Virus record (IMG/VR): IMGVR_UViG_3300027956_000003 | Span: 1 to 39,205 of that record | DNA from: a virus | Lineage: Duplodnaviria > Caudoviricetes | Reading direction: 5' to 3' (one strand) | DNA length: 39,205 nucleotides | Shown: positions 10,733 through 18,667 of the stretch, one piece after another | Numbering within the stretch: the first letter of the stretch is position 1 | Layout: each line of letters begins with the position of its first letter | Made by a program: the position numbers and the translations under genes | The notes under the pieces: generated by a model | Seen by the model: the letters and a program-made list of their open reading frames with translations, nothing else | Told to the model about the DNA's origin: nothing | Databases searched by the model: none

Positions 10733-10984
10733 TTATTGATCGTATGCAATGCAAGTTCCACTTGAAACAGTCACAGCAGTAAAGTTGCCGCCAATTCCCG
10801 TTCCTGCTAGGTGGGTGATTGTCTGAAGATCGGCAATGTTTGTAAGGTTGCCTTGAAGTGTGGAAAACACCGTATCTTCGATGAACTGAATCCAGCGATA
10901 GGTCTTGCCTGTCTGTGCGCCTTCGCCAGCATTTAATACGTGACCCCCATTACCCCCCATTAATTTGAACGCCGTATCACTCAT
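10733..10984 (-). CDS. Small putative virion protein (83 aa)
   Basis: Beta-rich, Gly/Thr-rich; first gene of the tail block. Confidence 0.55.
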   Translation of the reverse strand: MSDTAFKLMGGNGGHVLNAGEGAQTGKTYRWIQFIEDTVFSTLQGNLTNIADLQTITHLAGTGIGGNFTAVTVSSGTCIAYDQ

Positions 10985-10996
10985 ACTTTCTGTTTA

Positions 10997-11024
10997 TTGA
11001 CTTTTTATAAATTACTGCTAAATT
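10997..11024 (+). promoter_or_regulatory. Putative promoter for the HNH gene at 11078
   Basis: TTGACT-16 nt-TAAATT with TG extended -10. Confidence 0.55.
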
Positions 11025-11077
11025 GGTTTAGGCGTTTGTGTCTGAAACAAACACCTATACTCATAACATAAATCACT

Positions 11078-11731
11078 ATGTCGAAGAGCAAACAAGGATT
11101 ATATCAAAACCACCCGAGTGTCAACAGAATAGATTGGAGGTGGAAGAGGTGGGATGTAAGGGCAGATGGCAAGGTATTCTGGCAATATGGCAGATACGGG
11201 GAAATTTGGTTGGACTGGGATAAGGCCATTGCAACTCGCGATAGTATGTATAGGTCAAACAGGAAACAAAAACTTAAAAACCCCGAATACCACCGAAAAT
11301 TAAACGCTGAGTGGAGAGAAAAAAACAGGGTAAAACATTGTGAAAATTCTAGGGTATGGGGCAAGCGTAACCGTGAAAGATGCAATGCAAGAAGAAGGGA
11401 AAGAGACAAAAAGCGCAAACAATTAGACCCAATTTACGTGATGAGAACTAGACTAAGGGCTAGAATGAGAAATGCCTTGAAAGATGGGGGCTTTAAAAAG
11501 GCTAAGGCTACTTATGAAATATTGGGGGCTGATTATGCAACCGCAGCCGCGCACCTAGAATCACAATTTAAAGATGGTATGTCTTGGGCTAATCGTTCTG
11601 AGTGGCATATAGACCATATTATCCCATTAGCATCTGCTAAAAACGAAGAAGAACTACTTAAACTTTGCCATTACACCAATCTTCAACCTTTGTGGGCAAT
11701 GGATAATCTTAAGAAAGGCGCATTACTTTAA
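11078..11731 (+). CDS. HNH homing-type endonuclease
   Basis: WHIDHIIPLAS...LCHYTNLQPLWAMDNLKKG; opposite strand to both neighbours. Confidence 0.9.
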   Translation: MSKSKQGLYQNHPSVNRIDWRWKRWDVRADGKVFWQYGRYGEIWLDWDKAIATRDSMYRSNRKQKLKNPEYHRKLNAEWREKNRVKHCENSRVWGKRNRERCNARRRERDKKRKQLDPIYVMRTRLRARMRNALKDGGFKKAKATYEILGADYATAAAHLESQFKDGMSWANRSEWHIDHIIPLASAKNEEELLKLCHYTNLQPLWAMDNLKKGALL

Positions 11732-12042
11732 GACTTGTCAATCCCTTCCTCGTTCCAAAGCAAAAGTCCTAGTCTTTTCGCCGCAAGAAACAGAGCTGAA
11801 TCTTGTAAATCTGCCTGGCAAACGTAATTATTACCGCGAGTAACGGCAAAATGTTCATCGTTAATTTGAGTCACCTTAATGTCGTGTTTACGCATCCACT
11901 TTAGCCTTGGTGACTCGCTGGGTTCGATTGTAAATAGTTCGTTTATAGGTTTCTTAAAGGTGAAGTTAACGCAATAGAAGTTTTCACACGTTCCGTCTGG
12001 TTCAAGGAAGCCGTCGCATCTGTGGCAAGATGGATTATCCAT
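11728..12042 (-). CDS. Hypothetical protein with N-terminal Cys cluster
   Basis: CHRC...CENFYC; coupled to upstream gene. Confidence 0.6.
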   Translation of the reverse strand: MDNPSCHRCDGFLEPDGTCENFYCVNFTFKKPINELFTIEPSESPRLKWMRKHDIKVTQINDEHFAVTRGNNYVCQADLQDSALFLAAKRLGLLLWNEEGIDKS

Positions 12043-12217
12043 TACTCAGTTTCTCGTTAAGTGCTTGCAACACAACCTGCTTTTTCGTTTGCCCTGTTCT
12101 ATCGGCATACGAATCTAGAATTGTTTTTAGCGGAACTCCTAGATCGACGGTGATTCTGCCTTTGTTCCAGACTTTTTCGGATTCTGGCTTGGTGGCGTTT
12201 TTGTTGTTTGGTTTCAT
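12035..12217 (-). CDS. Ribbon-helix-helix DNA-binding protein
   Basis: RITVDLG strand followed by two helices (LKTILDSYADRTGQTKKQVVLQAL). Confidence 0.7.
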   Translation of the reverse strand: MKPNNKNATKPESEKVWNKGRITVDLGVPLKTILDSYADRTGQTKKQVVLQALNEKLSNG

Positions 12218-12309
12218 GATTTTATTGCTATTATTAAATAGGTGAGTAATACAAAAGATAAAACCTTATAGATCACTATTTTAACTTCTAATATTATCTC
12301 TTCACTCAT
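12214..12309 (-). CDS. 31-aa membrane peptide (not in ORF track)
   Basis: MSEEIILEVKIVIYKVLSFVLLTYLIIAIKS; ATGA overlap with next gene; leader resembles those of neighbours. Confidence 0.5.
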   Translation of the reverse strand: MSEEIILEVKIVIYKVLSFVLLTYLIIAIKS

Positions 12310-12330
12310 TCTCGTTCTTTCGGTTGGTTG

Positions 12331-12507
12331 TTATTTAACGCAGTTAATCTTCATACATGAGCCAATATTGATGATACCCCATTGCTGTTTGATCTTCTCT
12401 TTGGCTTCTTTGGCTGTCTCGGCAATTACGAAAACCTTGCCTAGATTTGACTTACTCCCAAGCCATCCGTTGCCGTGTTCAATCTGGTATAAATTTACCT
12501 CTTTCAT
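12331..12507 (-). CDS. Hypothetical protein (start MKEVNL)
   Basis: Start placed after the repeated 24-bp leader. Confidence 0.6.
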   Translation of the reverse strand: MKEVNLYQIEHGNGWLGSKSNLGKVFVIAETAKEAKEKIKQQWGIINIGSCMKINCVK

Positions 12508-12790
12508 ATCTTCTCGCTGGTTGGTTGTTAATCTTGATTCGTGTCTATCGCAGCTTCCCATCCGTCGATCCATACGTCATGTCCTAGATCGCGGATAATC
12601 CATATAGCCCAATCTTCGGGCTTGAAATCATCGCCGCCTAGACAATGCGCCACGGGTTTCATTTCGTGGACAAGCTCGCCGTCACGGTAGATTTTATACC
12701 CTTCCGCATAGCTCGCTCCGCAATCTTCGCAGTCATAATCGTCATGTATAGTTTTGACTTCGTATCTCATATCTTCTCGCTGGTTGGTTG
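12504..12790. repeat. 24-bp direct repeat TCATATCTTCTCGCTGGTTGGTTG at 12504-12527 and 12767-12790
   Basis: Exact copies spanning the stop-to-start spacers of adjacent small genes; degenerate third copy at ~12306-12330. Confidence 0.9.
12528..12770 (-). CDS. Hypothetical protein (CxxC)
   Basis: ORF bounded exactly by the 24-bp repeats. Confidence 0.65.
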   Translation of the reverse strand: MRYEVKTIHDDYDCEDCGASYAEGYKIYRDGELVHEMKPVAHCLGGDDFKPEDWAIWIIRDLGHDVWIDGWEAAIDTNQD

Positions 12791-12791
12791 G

Positions 12792-13100
12792 TTAGGGTGC
12801 GATTCCTCCATCATGCGTCCAGTGCGTTTCAACATCTTTAGCTATGTCGGCGTTTATTAGTTTCAGTACTTCGTTGAGATACCATTGCTTGTGGTGCGAT
12901 CCGTCGGTTTGTAAGCCATCTTTTAATACCTCAATGATGCGTTTATCTCGCTCCCTCGCCGCTTGCCATGCTTCCCATGCTAATTGGGTTTGTTCATCAA
13001 CGTATTGACCATGAAAAGATTTACCTACGTATATATCCAGATCATGACAATTAGGCTTGGCAAATAATTCCTCAAACTCGCGGCGTGATTCGGTGTTCAT
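12792..13100 (-). CDS. Hypothetical phage protein
   Basis: SRREFE...AWEAWQAAR segment common in phage accessory proteins joined to a DGSHHKQWYL segment. Confidence 0.65.
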   Translation of the reverse strand: MNTESRREFEELFAKPNCHDLDIYVGKSFHGQYVDEQTQLAWEAWQAARERDKRIIEVLKDGLQTDGSHHKQWYLNEVLKLINADIAKDVETHWTHDGGIAP

Positions 13101-13309
13101 GGTAGTGCGTATCTCAAGTGTCCAAATTTTGCTTTGTTGTCATAACCATCAGCCTCTCTATTGGCTATGCTTATTTTCTGTTCGCGCTTGATTTGAGCGA
13201 GGCTCTTCACGGCTATATTTGGTTTCCCAAAATATGCGGAATAGCAAATCTGATAACCGTCAAATGCGGCAGGGATACCGTTTAATGTATGGATATAAAA
13301 TGTTTTCAT
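13097..13309 (-). CDS. Hypothetical protein
   Basis: ATGA-coupled ORF in leftward operon. Confidence 0.6.
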   Translation of the reverse strand: MKTFYIHTLNGIPAAFDGYQICYSAYFGKPNIAVKSLAQIKREQKISIANREADGYDNKAKFGHLRYALP

Positions 13310-13313
13310 AATC

Positions 13314-13685
13314 TTATTTCGTTAAACCGTCCGATGCATGAGACTTGCGCTCCTGATCTTCTTTGTTCTGCTTCATGATTGCGATTATTGAGCCTAGTCT
13401 TTCCCTCACGTTAAAAGAAGACCCTCCTTTGAGTGTTATTCTCGTTTCAGTTCCATCTGTTGATTCCACTTCTATGAGCATTGAAACGTCGTTTAAATCC
13501 ACGTAACAATCCCTTGTCCTCCGTCCTAAGTATCCTCCAGATATAGCTGATGCGTGGGTAAACTTGGTCAACCTAAATGCAGAACAAGGCACCGCAGAAC
13601 GACGGGCATTGCGCGACTCTTTGGCGATGGGGTTACACGTCCCGCATAGATCGGACGGATATGCGTGTTTACAGATGGTTTTCAC
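13314..13685 (-). CDS. Hypothetical protein overlapping attC-like sites
   Basis: GTG start overlapping the upstream stop; N- and C-termini encoded by attC-like sequence. Confidence 0.55.
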   Translation of the reverse strand: MKTICKHAYPSDLCGTCNPIAKESRNARRSAVPCSAFRLTKFTHASAISGGYLGRRTRDCYVDLNDVSMLIEVESTDGTETRITLKGGSSFNVRERLGSIIAIMKQNKEDQERKSHASDGLTK

Positions 13686-13730
13686 AGTTTCGTTTCAGTT
13701 GTGCCCACGGATGGACTTTTTGCGTTCGTG
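13579..13730 (+). mobile_element. Possible integron attC-like site
   Basis: GCAGAACAAGGC...GGGCA / TGCCC...TTTTTGCGTTCGTG; the GCAGAAC box is complementary to GTTCTGC at 13365-13371. Confidence 0.4.
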
Positions 13731-14158
13731 GTTAGGGATTGGAGGGCTTCGGTTAGTGCTACTCGCGATCCTCCTGTCACTTGATTTGTTTCTAAAGCCC
13801 AAGAGATAGCCTCCGCCAGCCTGTCGCGCTGCTCGGTGACTAATCTTGTTTTTTCAATTTGTCCGATAACCTCACTCAGTTTGTCGCAAGCTATTTGCTC
13901 CCATTTGTCTATTTCGGCACGGGCGGCGGTGAGTTTGGCGGTAATCTTAGCAGCATATTCCCATATTGTTCCGTTCGGGTCGCGTAGTTCAAAGCCGTAT
14001 GCTTTGTGCAGGTCTTTGATTTCCTGACGGGCGGCGGTTAGTTCGCGTTCAAGTTGGCGAGCAAATCTTGCTGCTACATATTCGATCCTTGTGCCTGTCG
14101 CATCGTCATAATATCTGACTGACTGGTCATCCGTTCTCGGCGTGTCTGATTGGTTCAT
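13682..14158 (-). CDS. Coiled-coil accessory protein, SDTPRT-type paralog 1
   Basis: SDTPRTD, ARQLERELTAAR and EQRDRLA modules shared with the next gene. Confidence 0.7.
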   Translation of the reverse strand: MNQSDTPRTDDQSVRYYDDATGTRIEYVAARFARQLERELTAARQEIKDLHKAYGFELRDPNGTIWEYAAKITAKLTAARAEIDKWEQIACDKLSEVIGQIEKTRLVTEQRDRLAEAISWALETNQVTGGSRVALTEALQSLTTNAKSPSVGTTETKL

Positions 14159-14607
14159 TGTTCGTTTGTGTTTAGGGATCGGAGGGCTTCGTCCGCCATA
14201 TCTATATATTCATCACTTAGTGAGTAAAATACTAGGCGATCTCTGATTATTTCCAAGGCCACCGCCAGCCTGTCGCGCTGCTCAATTGCTTCGTCTAATG
14301 GCTCTTGCCATAGCTTGATCACAACATTGCCAAATGTTTCATCTTCCATGATGTCGCGTTTGATTTCAGCAATAGTCTGCCATGCTCTGTCGCGCTGCTC
14401 TCGGTATTCACGGCATACGGATGAAACTCTGCATTGTTCATCGACGATCTTTTGTAGCCTGTCGCGCTGCTCGGTGACGGCGGTTAGTTCGCGTTCAAGT
14501 TTCCTCGCGTGAGACTTCATTAGTGAATAATCCGTTTCAGGATTAGGACTAAGATCAACTAACTTATCGTCTAGTTCATTCGTTCTCGGTGTGTCTGATT
14601 CACTCAT
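14155..14607 (-). CDS. Coiled-coil accessory protein, SDTPRT-type paralog 2
   Basis: MSESDTPRT start after an AAAGACAC leader; three EQRDR repeats. Confidence 0.7.
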   Translation of the reverse strand: MSESDTPRTNELDDKLVDLSPNPETDYSLMKSHARKLERELTAVTEQRDRLQKIVDEQCRVSSVCREYREQRDRAWQTIAEIKRDIMEDETFGNVVIKLWQEPLDEAIEQRDRLAVALEIIRDRLVFYSLSDEYIDMADEALRSLNTNEQ

Positions 14608-14637
14608 GGTCGTGTCTTTGTTGTTCATAGCGGCTTC

Positions 14638-14665
14638 TTTCTAAACCTTATTCAACTCAGGTCAA
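14638..14665 (-). promoter_or_regulatory. Putative promoter of leftward accessory genes
   Basis: TTGACC-16 nt-TAGAAA with AT-rich upstream tract. Confidence 0.4.
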
Positions 14666-14891
14666 GCGTTTTGTAATTATATTTGAAATTATTTTATCAA
14701 TGATCCCCATGCTCGCCATTAAAGGCACTCAATACCGACACGGCGAATATCACCAACGTCAGCCCCAGCAAGATAAACAAACTCGCTATCACTTCGCACC
14801 CCCTTGTCCCGCAGCTCTATTATTTGTGTCTTCGTTCATAACGAACGCAACATACTTACAAAACAATGCGGCGCAACAACAAAATCAAAAA

Positions 14892-15104
14892 TTATTCTCC
14901 CATAACCCGCGCCCTGTAATCTGGCAATACCTCACTTGTCCACTCACAATCCAAATCCAGACACACATACTTACCCAGCTTACTCCGCCACATGGCCTTC
15001 CTGCCACACTCCAAACAACCCACAAACTCATGCGTAGGGCACACCTCAATCATATACCCAGCATCATCCAAACAAAACCGACATACCTTTAAATCCGCTT
15101 CCAT
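14892..15104 (-). CDS. Cys-rich hypothetical protein
   Basis: Several CxxC motifs; follows 15108..15290 directly. Confidence 0.5.
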   Translation of the reverse strand: MEADLKVCRFCLDDAGYMIEVCPTHEFVGCLECGRKAMWRSKLGKYVCLDLDCEWTSEVLPDYRARVMGE

Positions 15105-15107
15105 AAA

Positions 15108-15290
15108 TCAATCCTCAAAGGTTATCTCAAACTCTTCATCATCCCCACCCGCACTCAACAACACCTCATACTTCGCACACTCTAACACCCCAACCAAATT
15201 CGCCACAGTAATATCAAACTCATCACGATAACGCCAGATCAAACTCTCCAAATCAGCCGCAAACGCCATCGCCTGTTCTCGCTCTGTCAT
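15108..15290 (-). CDS. Small acidic hypothetical protein
   Basis: Helical, acidic C-terminus; packed in operon. Confidence 0.65.
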   Translation of the reverse strand: MTEREQAMAFAADLESLIWRYRDEFDITVANLVGVLECAKYEVLLSAGGDDEEFEITFED

Positions 15291-15310
15291 GCAACATTGC
15301 TAGCACACGA

Positions 15311-16186
15311 CTAAACAATAAGCAACCCAAACTTACCGCCGAACTCATTCGCTGGTAGATCACGTTTCTCCGAATTACACGCATGGCAAGCAAATACCAA
15401 ATTATCCAATGTATGCGAACCACCCTTTGCTATCGGCACTACATGGTCAACCGTCAACTTGCTAAACTTGCCCCCACAATAAAAGCACTTACCTTTAGCT
15501 TTGACCATAGCCTCACGTATCTCCTTCGGCGTAGCTTTAGCCACTTGCCCACGCAATATAGCTCTGCGCCGATGCTTGTAGTTCCTTTTTTCATCGCGCC
15601 TACGTTCCTTGCGCTGCTCATCTGTAAGCACAACTCTAGGTGGGCGTAATGACTTAGCTAATTCTCGTTCAGCTTTTTTACGAGCTACTTCAGCTAAAAT
15701 CCCTTCCCGCACAATTCGTTTAGCCTCCTTCTCAGCGGCCTTAGCTTTCCGAACAGCATCAAGCTTGGCAATCCTCTCGGCGTTGACCTTGTTATAATGC
15801 CTACGGGCTGCCTCCCTTCTTCTCTCCTTAAATAACTCACTCCCCTTATTCTTTTCATAAGACTGTTTATTAAGTTCTTTAATACGCTTTTCGTTCTTAT
15901 TACGATACTCCTTCTGCCACGTTTCAAGAATCATCTTATCCCTTGCCGCACGTTCGTCAGCACTCAGTGATGCCAGATAATCCATATGCTTGTGCCATTG
16001 CGCCCTGCTAGCTTCCTTTGCTTTGCGCTTAATAAACCTAGCTTCTCTGCGCTCAAAGAAGTCAGCACCATATTGTTTAGCAAAACTCTCGGGGGAAGCC
16101 CACGCCCCATACCTACTCCCGTTCTTATGGTTAACGTAATTTTTAAATATGTAACCATCTTCTCTCTTGTCTCCTAGCTTGTTCAT
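15311..16186 (-). CDS. HNH endonuclease with long basic N-terminal region
   Basis: CFYCG...LTVDHVVPIAKGGSHTLDNLVFACHACNSEK. Confidence 0.9.
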   Translation of the reverse strand: MNKLGDKREDGYIFKNYVNHKNGSRYGAWASPESFAKQYGADFFERREARFIKRKAKEASRAQWHKHMDYLASLSADERAARDKMILETWQKEYRNKNEKRIKELNKQSYEKNKGSELFKERRREAARRHYNKVNAERIAKLDAVRKAKAAEKEAKRIVREGILAEVARKKAERELAKSLRPPRVVLTDEQRKERRRDEKRNYKHRRRAILRGQVAKATPKEIREAMVKAKGKCFYCGGKFSKLTVDHVVPIAKGGSHTLDNLVFACHACNSEKRDLPANEFGGKFGLLIV

Positions 16187-16192
16187 AAATTA

Positions 16193-16221
16193 AAACTAAC
16201 TAGATAAACCTAATCAGTCAA
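16193..16221 (-). promoter_or_regulatory. Putative promoter of leftward operon
   Basis: TTGACT-17 nt-TAGTTT a few nt upstream of ATG 16186. Confidence 0.55.
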
Positions 16222-17236
16222 GCCCCCTTGTGAAATTTCTTCTTCGGCACTGAACGTATTGGGATTCAAATCTAAAACGGCAATCGAACCGCCTCCCCCC
16301 ACCTGTTCAGATAGACAGCAATCAATCGAACACCATTAAAGCAATCGTTTGTCTCAATCAATCGTTTAAATCGGCAGGCTGAACAGTAGTTTGACACTGA
16401 AACGTGCGCTGTAAATGTCGCATAAACCTGAAACCCTTATGGAATAAGACAATCAAACAAGCGTTCTATTTGGCTTTATGCATGTTGTCACAAGTTGAGT
16501 GGTTACATGGTAAAGAATCGCGCTTGATACGCTGTATTGCCAGTATCTCACGCGCCTGGTTGCTGATCGTTACTCGATCAAAGCTTTACCTTAGAACTGC
16601 CATAGTCTCGCACACGGTGGCTTTTTTTCCATTGAGAGCGAAAGGATATTCTGACTATCTAAACGATTTGCTTAGTTATTAGCCTTTCACACTTCATTGG
16701 TTATTAGCTGTAATTAGCAATCAATCGGATTAGTTACTTGTTTGAGCTGCAAGCGTTGTTTTGCGCTGTACTAGATACGGTGCGCTACGTTGTCGCTTGC
16801 GTGCGTTGTGATGGGTTTCATCGTGCCTAGGTAAGCGAGCCTTGCCGATTGGCTTGGGGTTGTTTCTCGTTGTTTGGTGAACTCGTGCTTTTGAATCGTT
16901 TGATTTGATTTGAAGCTTGGCGAGTTGAAGCAATCGCATTGTGATTTGTTTCATCAAGTGGTAACGACTGCGCGTTTTCCTATTGGCTTTATCGACTCGA
17001 ATTAAGCTTGTCTTATATGCATACCACCTTTTAGGCATCGTTTAAGATTCCTTGTTTACTGACTGAAGAAAAGCTGCCTAGTTGGGGCTTGTCGATGGTG
17101 CTGCTGTCAGGCTATTAAATCCTTTGAGTCGTGAAGTTGACAAGGTGTCAGTCAGAGCTTCCAGCGTTCTATTTCTTCTGACTCTTGGTAGAGCCTTTGC
17201 GTCCGTGGCCTTGTCTTGATGCAAGGTGATGTAAAG

Positions 17237-17340
17237 TGAAAAAGCCCCTGAAAGAGGAGGTTCGCGCTTTCCATCTTTTGGGGCTTTTCAGGGTCTTTCC
17301 CCGAAACTTTGAATGACTTTAAGCGCGAACCTTAGTCACG
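17237..17340 (-). ncRNA. Candidate structured RNA / attenuator with loop-loop complementarity
   Basis: Three hairpins, 12-nt complementary loop segments, terminal hairpin with U5 tail, own promoter. Confidence 0.6.
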
Positions 17341-17346
17341 AGAGAG

Positions 17347-17375
17347 AATGAAGCAGAAAAGCGGGAAACCGTCAA
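17347..17375 (-). promoter_or_regulatory. Putative promoter of the structured RNA
   Basis: TTGACG-17 nt-TTCATT with TG extended -10. Confidence 0.5.
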
Positions 17376-17498
17376 GTTTTGGTGTGTTTTATCTGTCAAA
17401 ACGCTTAATTTATTGCTCAAAAGCCTAACAAAACGCGCCTTCTGATACTGATAAAATAAGGGAAAATGAAAATACTTTAGAAAAAGATGAAAATAATG

Positions 17499-17527
17499 TG
17501 GACAATGTGTGACTCTCGTTCTAGTTT
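17499..17527 (+). promoter_or_regulatory. Putative major early promoter
   Basis: TGGACA-17 nt-TAGTTT preceded by A-tracts (UP-element-like). Confidence 0.55.
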
Positions 17528-17569
17528 CATTCCAGTTGCAAGACGCAACGCAAAACAAAGACAAACAAT

Positions 17570-17752
17570 ATGACAACACTCACTCTCACAATTAAAGAAA
17601 CTTCAAAGGGATTCCAAATCCGCTCAAATGAAACGCTGCTTTACACCTTGCCAAGTTTGGATATGGCTATTCAAACACGCTTGGAATTAGTCAATCGGAA
17701 TAATCATTGCGTTGAATTAGAAGGAAAGGGGAAACTCGCCAAAATTGGATAA
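17570..17752 (+). CDS. Early hypothetical protein
   Basis: First ORF after the early promoter; AAAGACA leader. Confidence 0.6.
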   Translation: MTTLTLTIKETSKGFQIRSNETLLYTLPSLDMAIQTRLELVNRNNHCVELEGKGKLAKIG

Positions 17753-17799
17753 TCTCCAAACAAACCGACCAAAACAAACAAACAAAGAAAAAAACGATT

Positions 17800-18150
17800 A
17801 TGAAAAAGACACTTACCACCTACGATACAGCGCATGAACTCATGCAAGACGACAACGCAAATTGGACACGCTCTGGCGCATTCGCCCTTGCGGAATACTT
17901 GGAGGAATACGAGGAAAGCACGGGCGAAGAATTGGAATTGGATGTTGTCGCTATCCGTTGCGACTTCTCACAATACGATAGCTTACAAGATTGGGCACAT
18001 GATTACTTCTCAAACGCCAGGGAAGAAATGGGATTCGATGAAACGGAAGATATTGACGATGAAGAATTTGACGAAAAGATTCGCGAATACATCCATGACA
18101 ACGGGCAACTTATTGAGTTTAACGGCGGGATAATCGTTTCAAGTTTCTAA
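17800..18150 (+). CDS. Highly acidic early protein, candidate DNA mimic / anti-restriction
   Basis: About 32 D/E versus about 7 K/R in 116 aa; second early gene. Confidence 0.6.
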   Translation: MKKTLTTYDTAHELMQDDNANWTRSGAFALAEYLEEYEESTGEELELDVVAIRCDFSQYDSLQDWAHDYFSNAREEMGFDETEDIDDEEFDEKIREYIHDNGQLIEFNGGIIVSSF

Positions 18151-18173
18151 ACCTAAACCGAAAGACAAGACTT

Positions 18174-18443
18174 ATGCAATACGCAAAACAAGCAAAAAAA
18201 CCAGAGTGGTTTAACTCAGATGCAAGCAAGATTTACGCATCTGCAACATCTGGCGATTCCGTTTTTAATGAGTGGTATCAATTTGAGAGCCACAAGGAAG
18301 CAATCGAGAGCATCACTAGACTATTTAATTCTCAATCTTTCCTAGATCATTTCACACTAGGACCTTATGGGAATCATTACTACCATTCAAACGGCGTTGT
18401 CGCAAGCATCCAAGAAATGGTTGAATTTGAAAGTATTTTTTAA
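18174..18443 (+). CDS. Early hypothetical protein
   Basis: ORF with TAAACCGAAAGACA leader. Confidence 0.65.
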   Translation: MQYAKQAKKPEWFNSDASKIYASATSGDSVFNEWYQFESHKEAIESITRLFNSQSFLDHFTLGPYGNHYYHSNGVVASIQEMVEFESIF

Positions 18444-18467
18444 AACTAAACCGAAAGACATGAAACC

Positions 18468-18647
18468 ATGAACTTCCAAACAAACAGATTAAGAGGCTTG
18501 CCGCTGGGTAAGCGAAACAGAAGGAACAGCAGATTGAGAACACATTTCAGCGTGTTGGATAGCGCGGAAACTTTGCTGGTTATTCTGGCGATAGCATCCC
18601 CGTTTGCCTTGCTTTTATGGTGCTTTGTGAACCTTTTGAGTATGTAA
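18468..18647 (+). CDS. 59-aa basic membrane protein (not in ORF track)
   Basis: MNFQTNRLRGLPLGKRNRRNSRLRTHF...LLVILAIASPFALLLWCFVNLLSM; same leader as previous gene. Confidence 0.55.
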   Translation: MNFQTNRLRGLPLGKRNRRNSRLRTHFSVLDSAETLLVILAIASPFALLLWCFVNLLSM

Positions 18648-18667
18648 AGATTGAGAGCCTAGTCATT

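Larger units (their letters stand above)
16187..17569. other. Long non-coding control region (candidate origin or genome-end region)
   Basis: No convincing ORF; divergent promoters; CAATCAATCG x3; C6 tract; strand-composition switch. Confidence 0.55.

Noticed and set aside
13682-14607. Diversity-generating retroelement template/variable repeats
   Set aside because: No reverse transcriptase; differences are block substitutions, not adenine-specific changes
14697-14839. Small minus-strand gene between 14892 and the 14665 promoter
   Set aside because: Two competing short frames (39 aa and a 31-aa TM peptide); cannot decide from sequence alone
16404-17579. ORFs 16404..16682, 16730..17038 and 17319..17579 as genes or a replication initiator
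   Set aside because: No motifs, composition follows local skew, and one overlaps promoters; translation cannot be fully excluded
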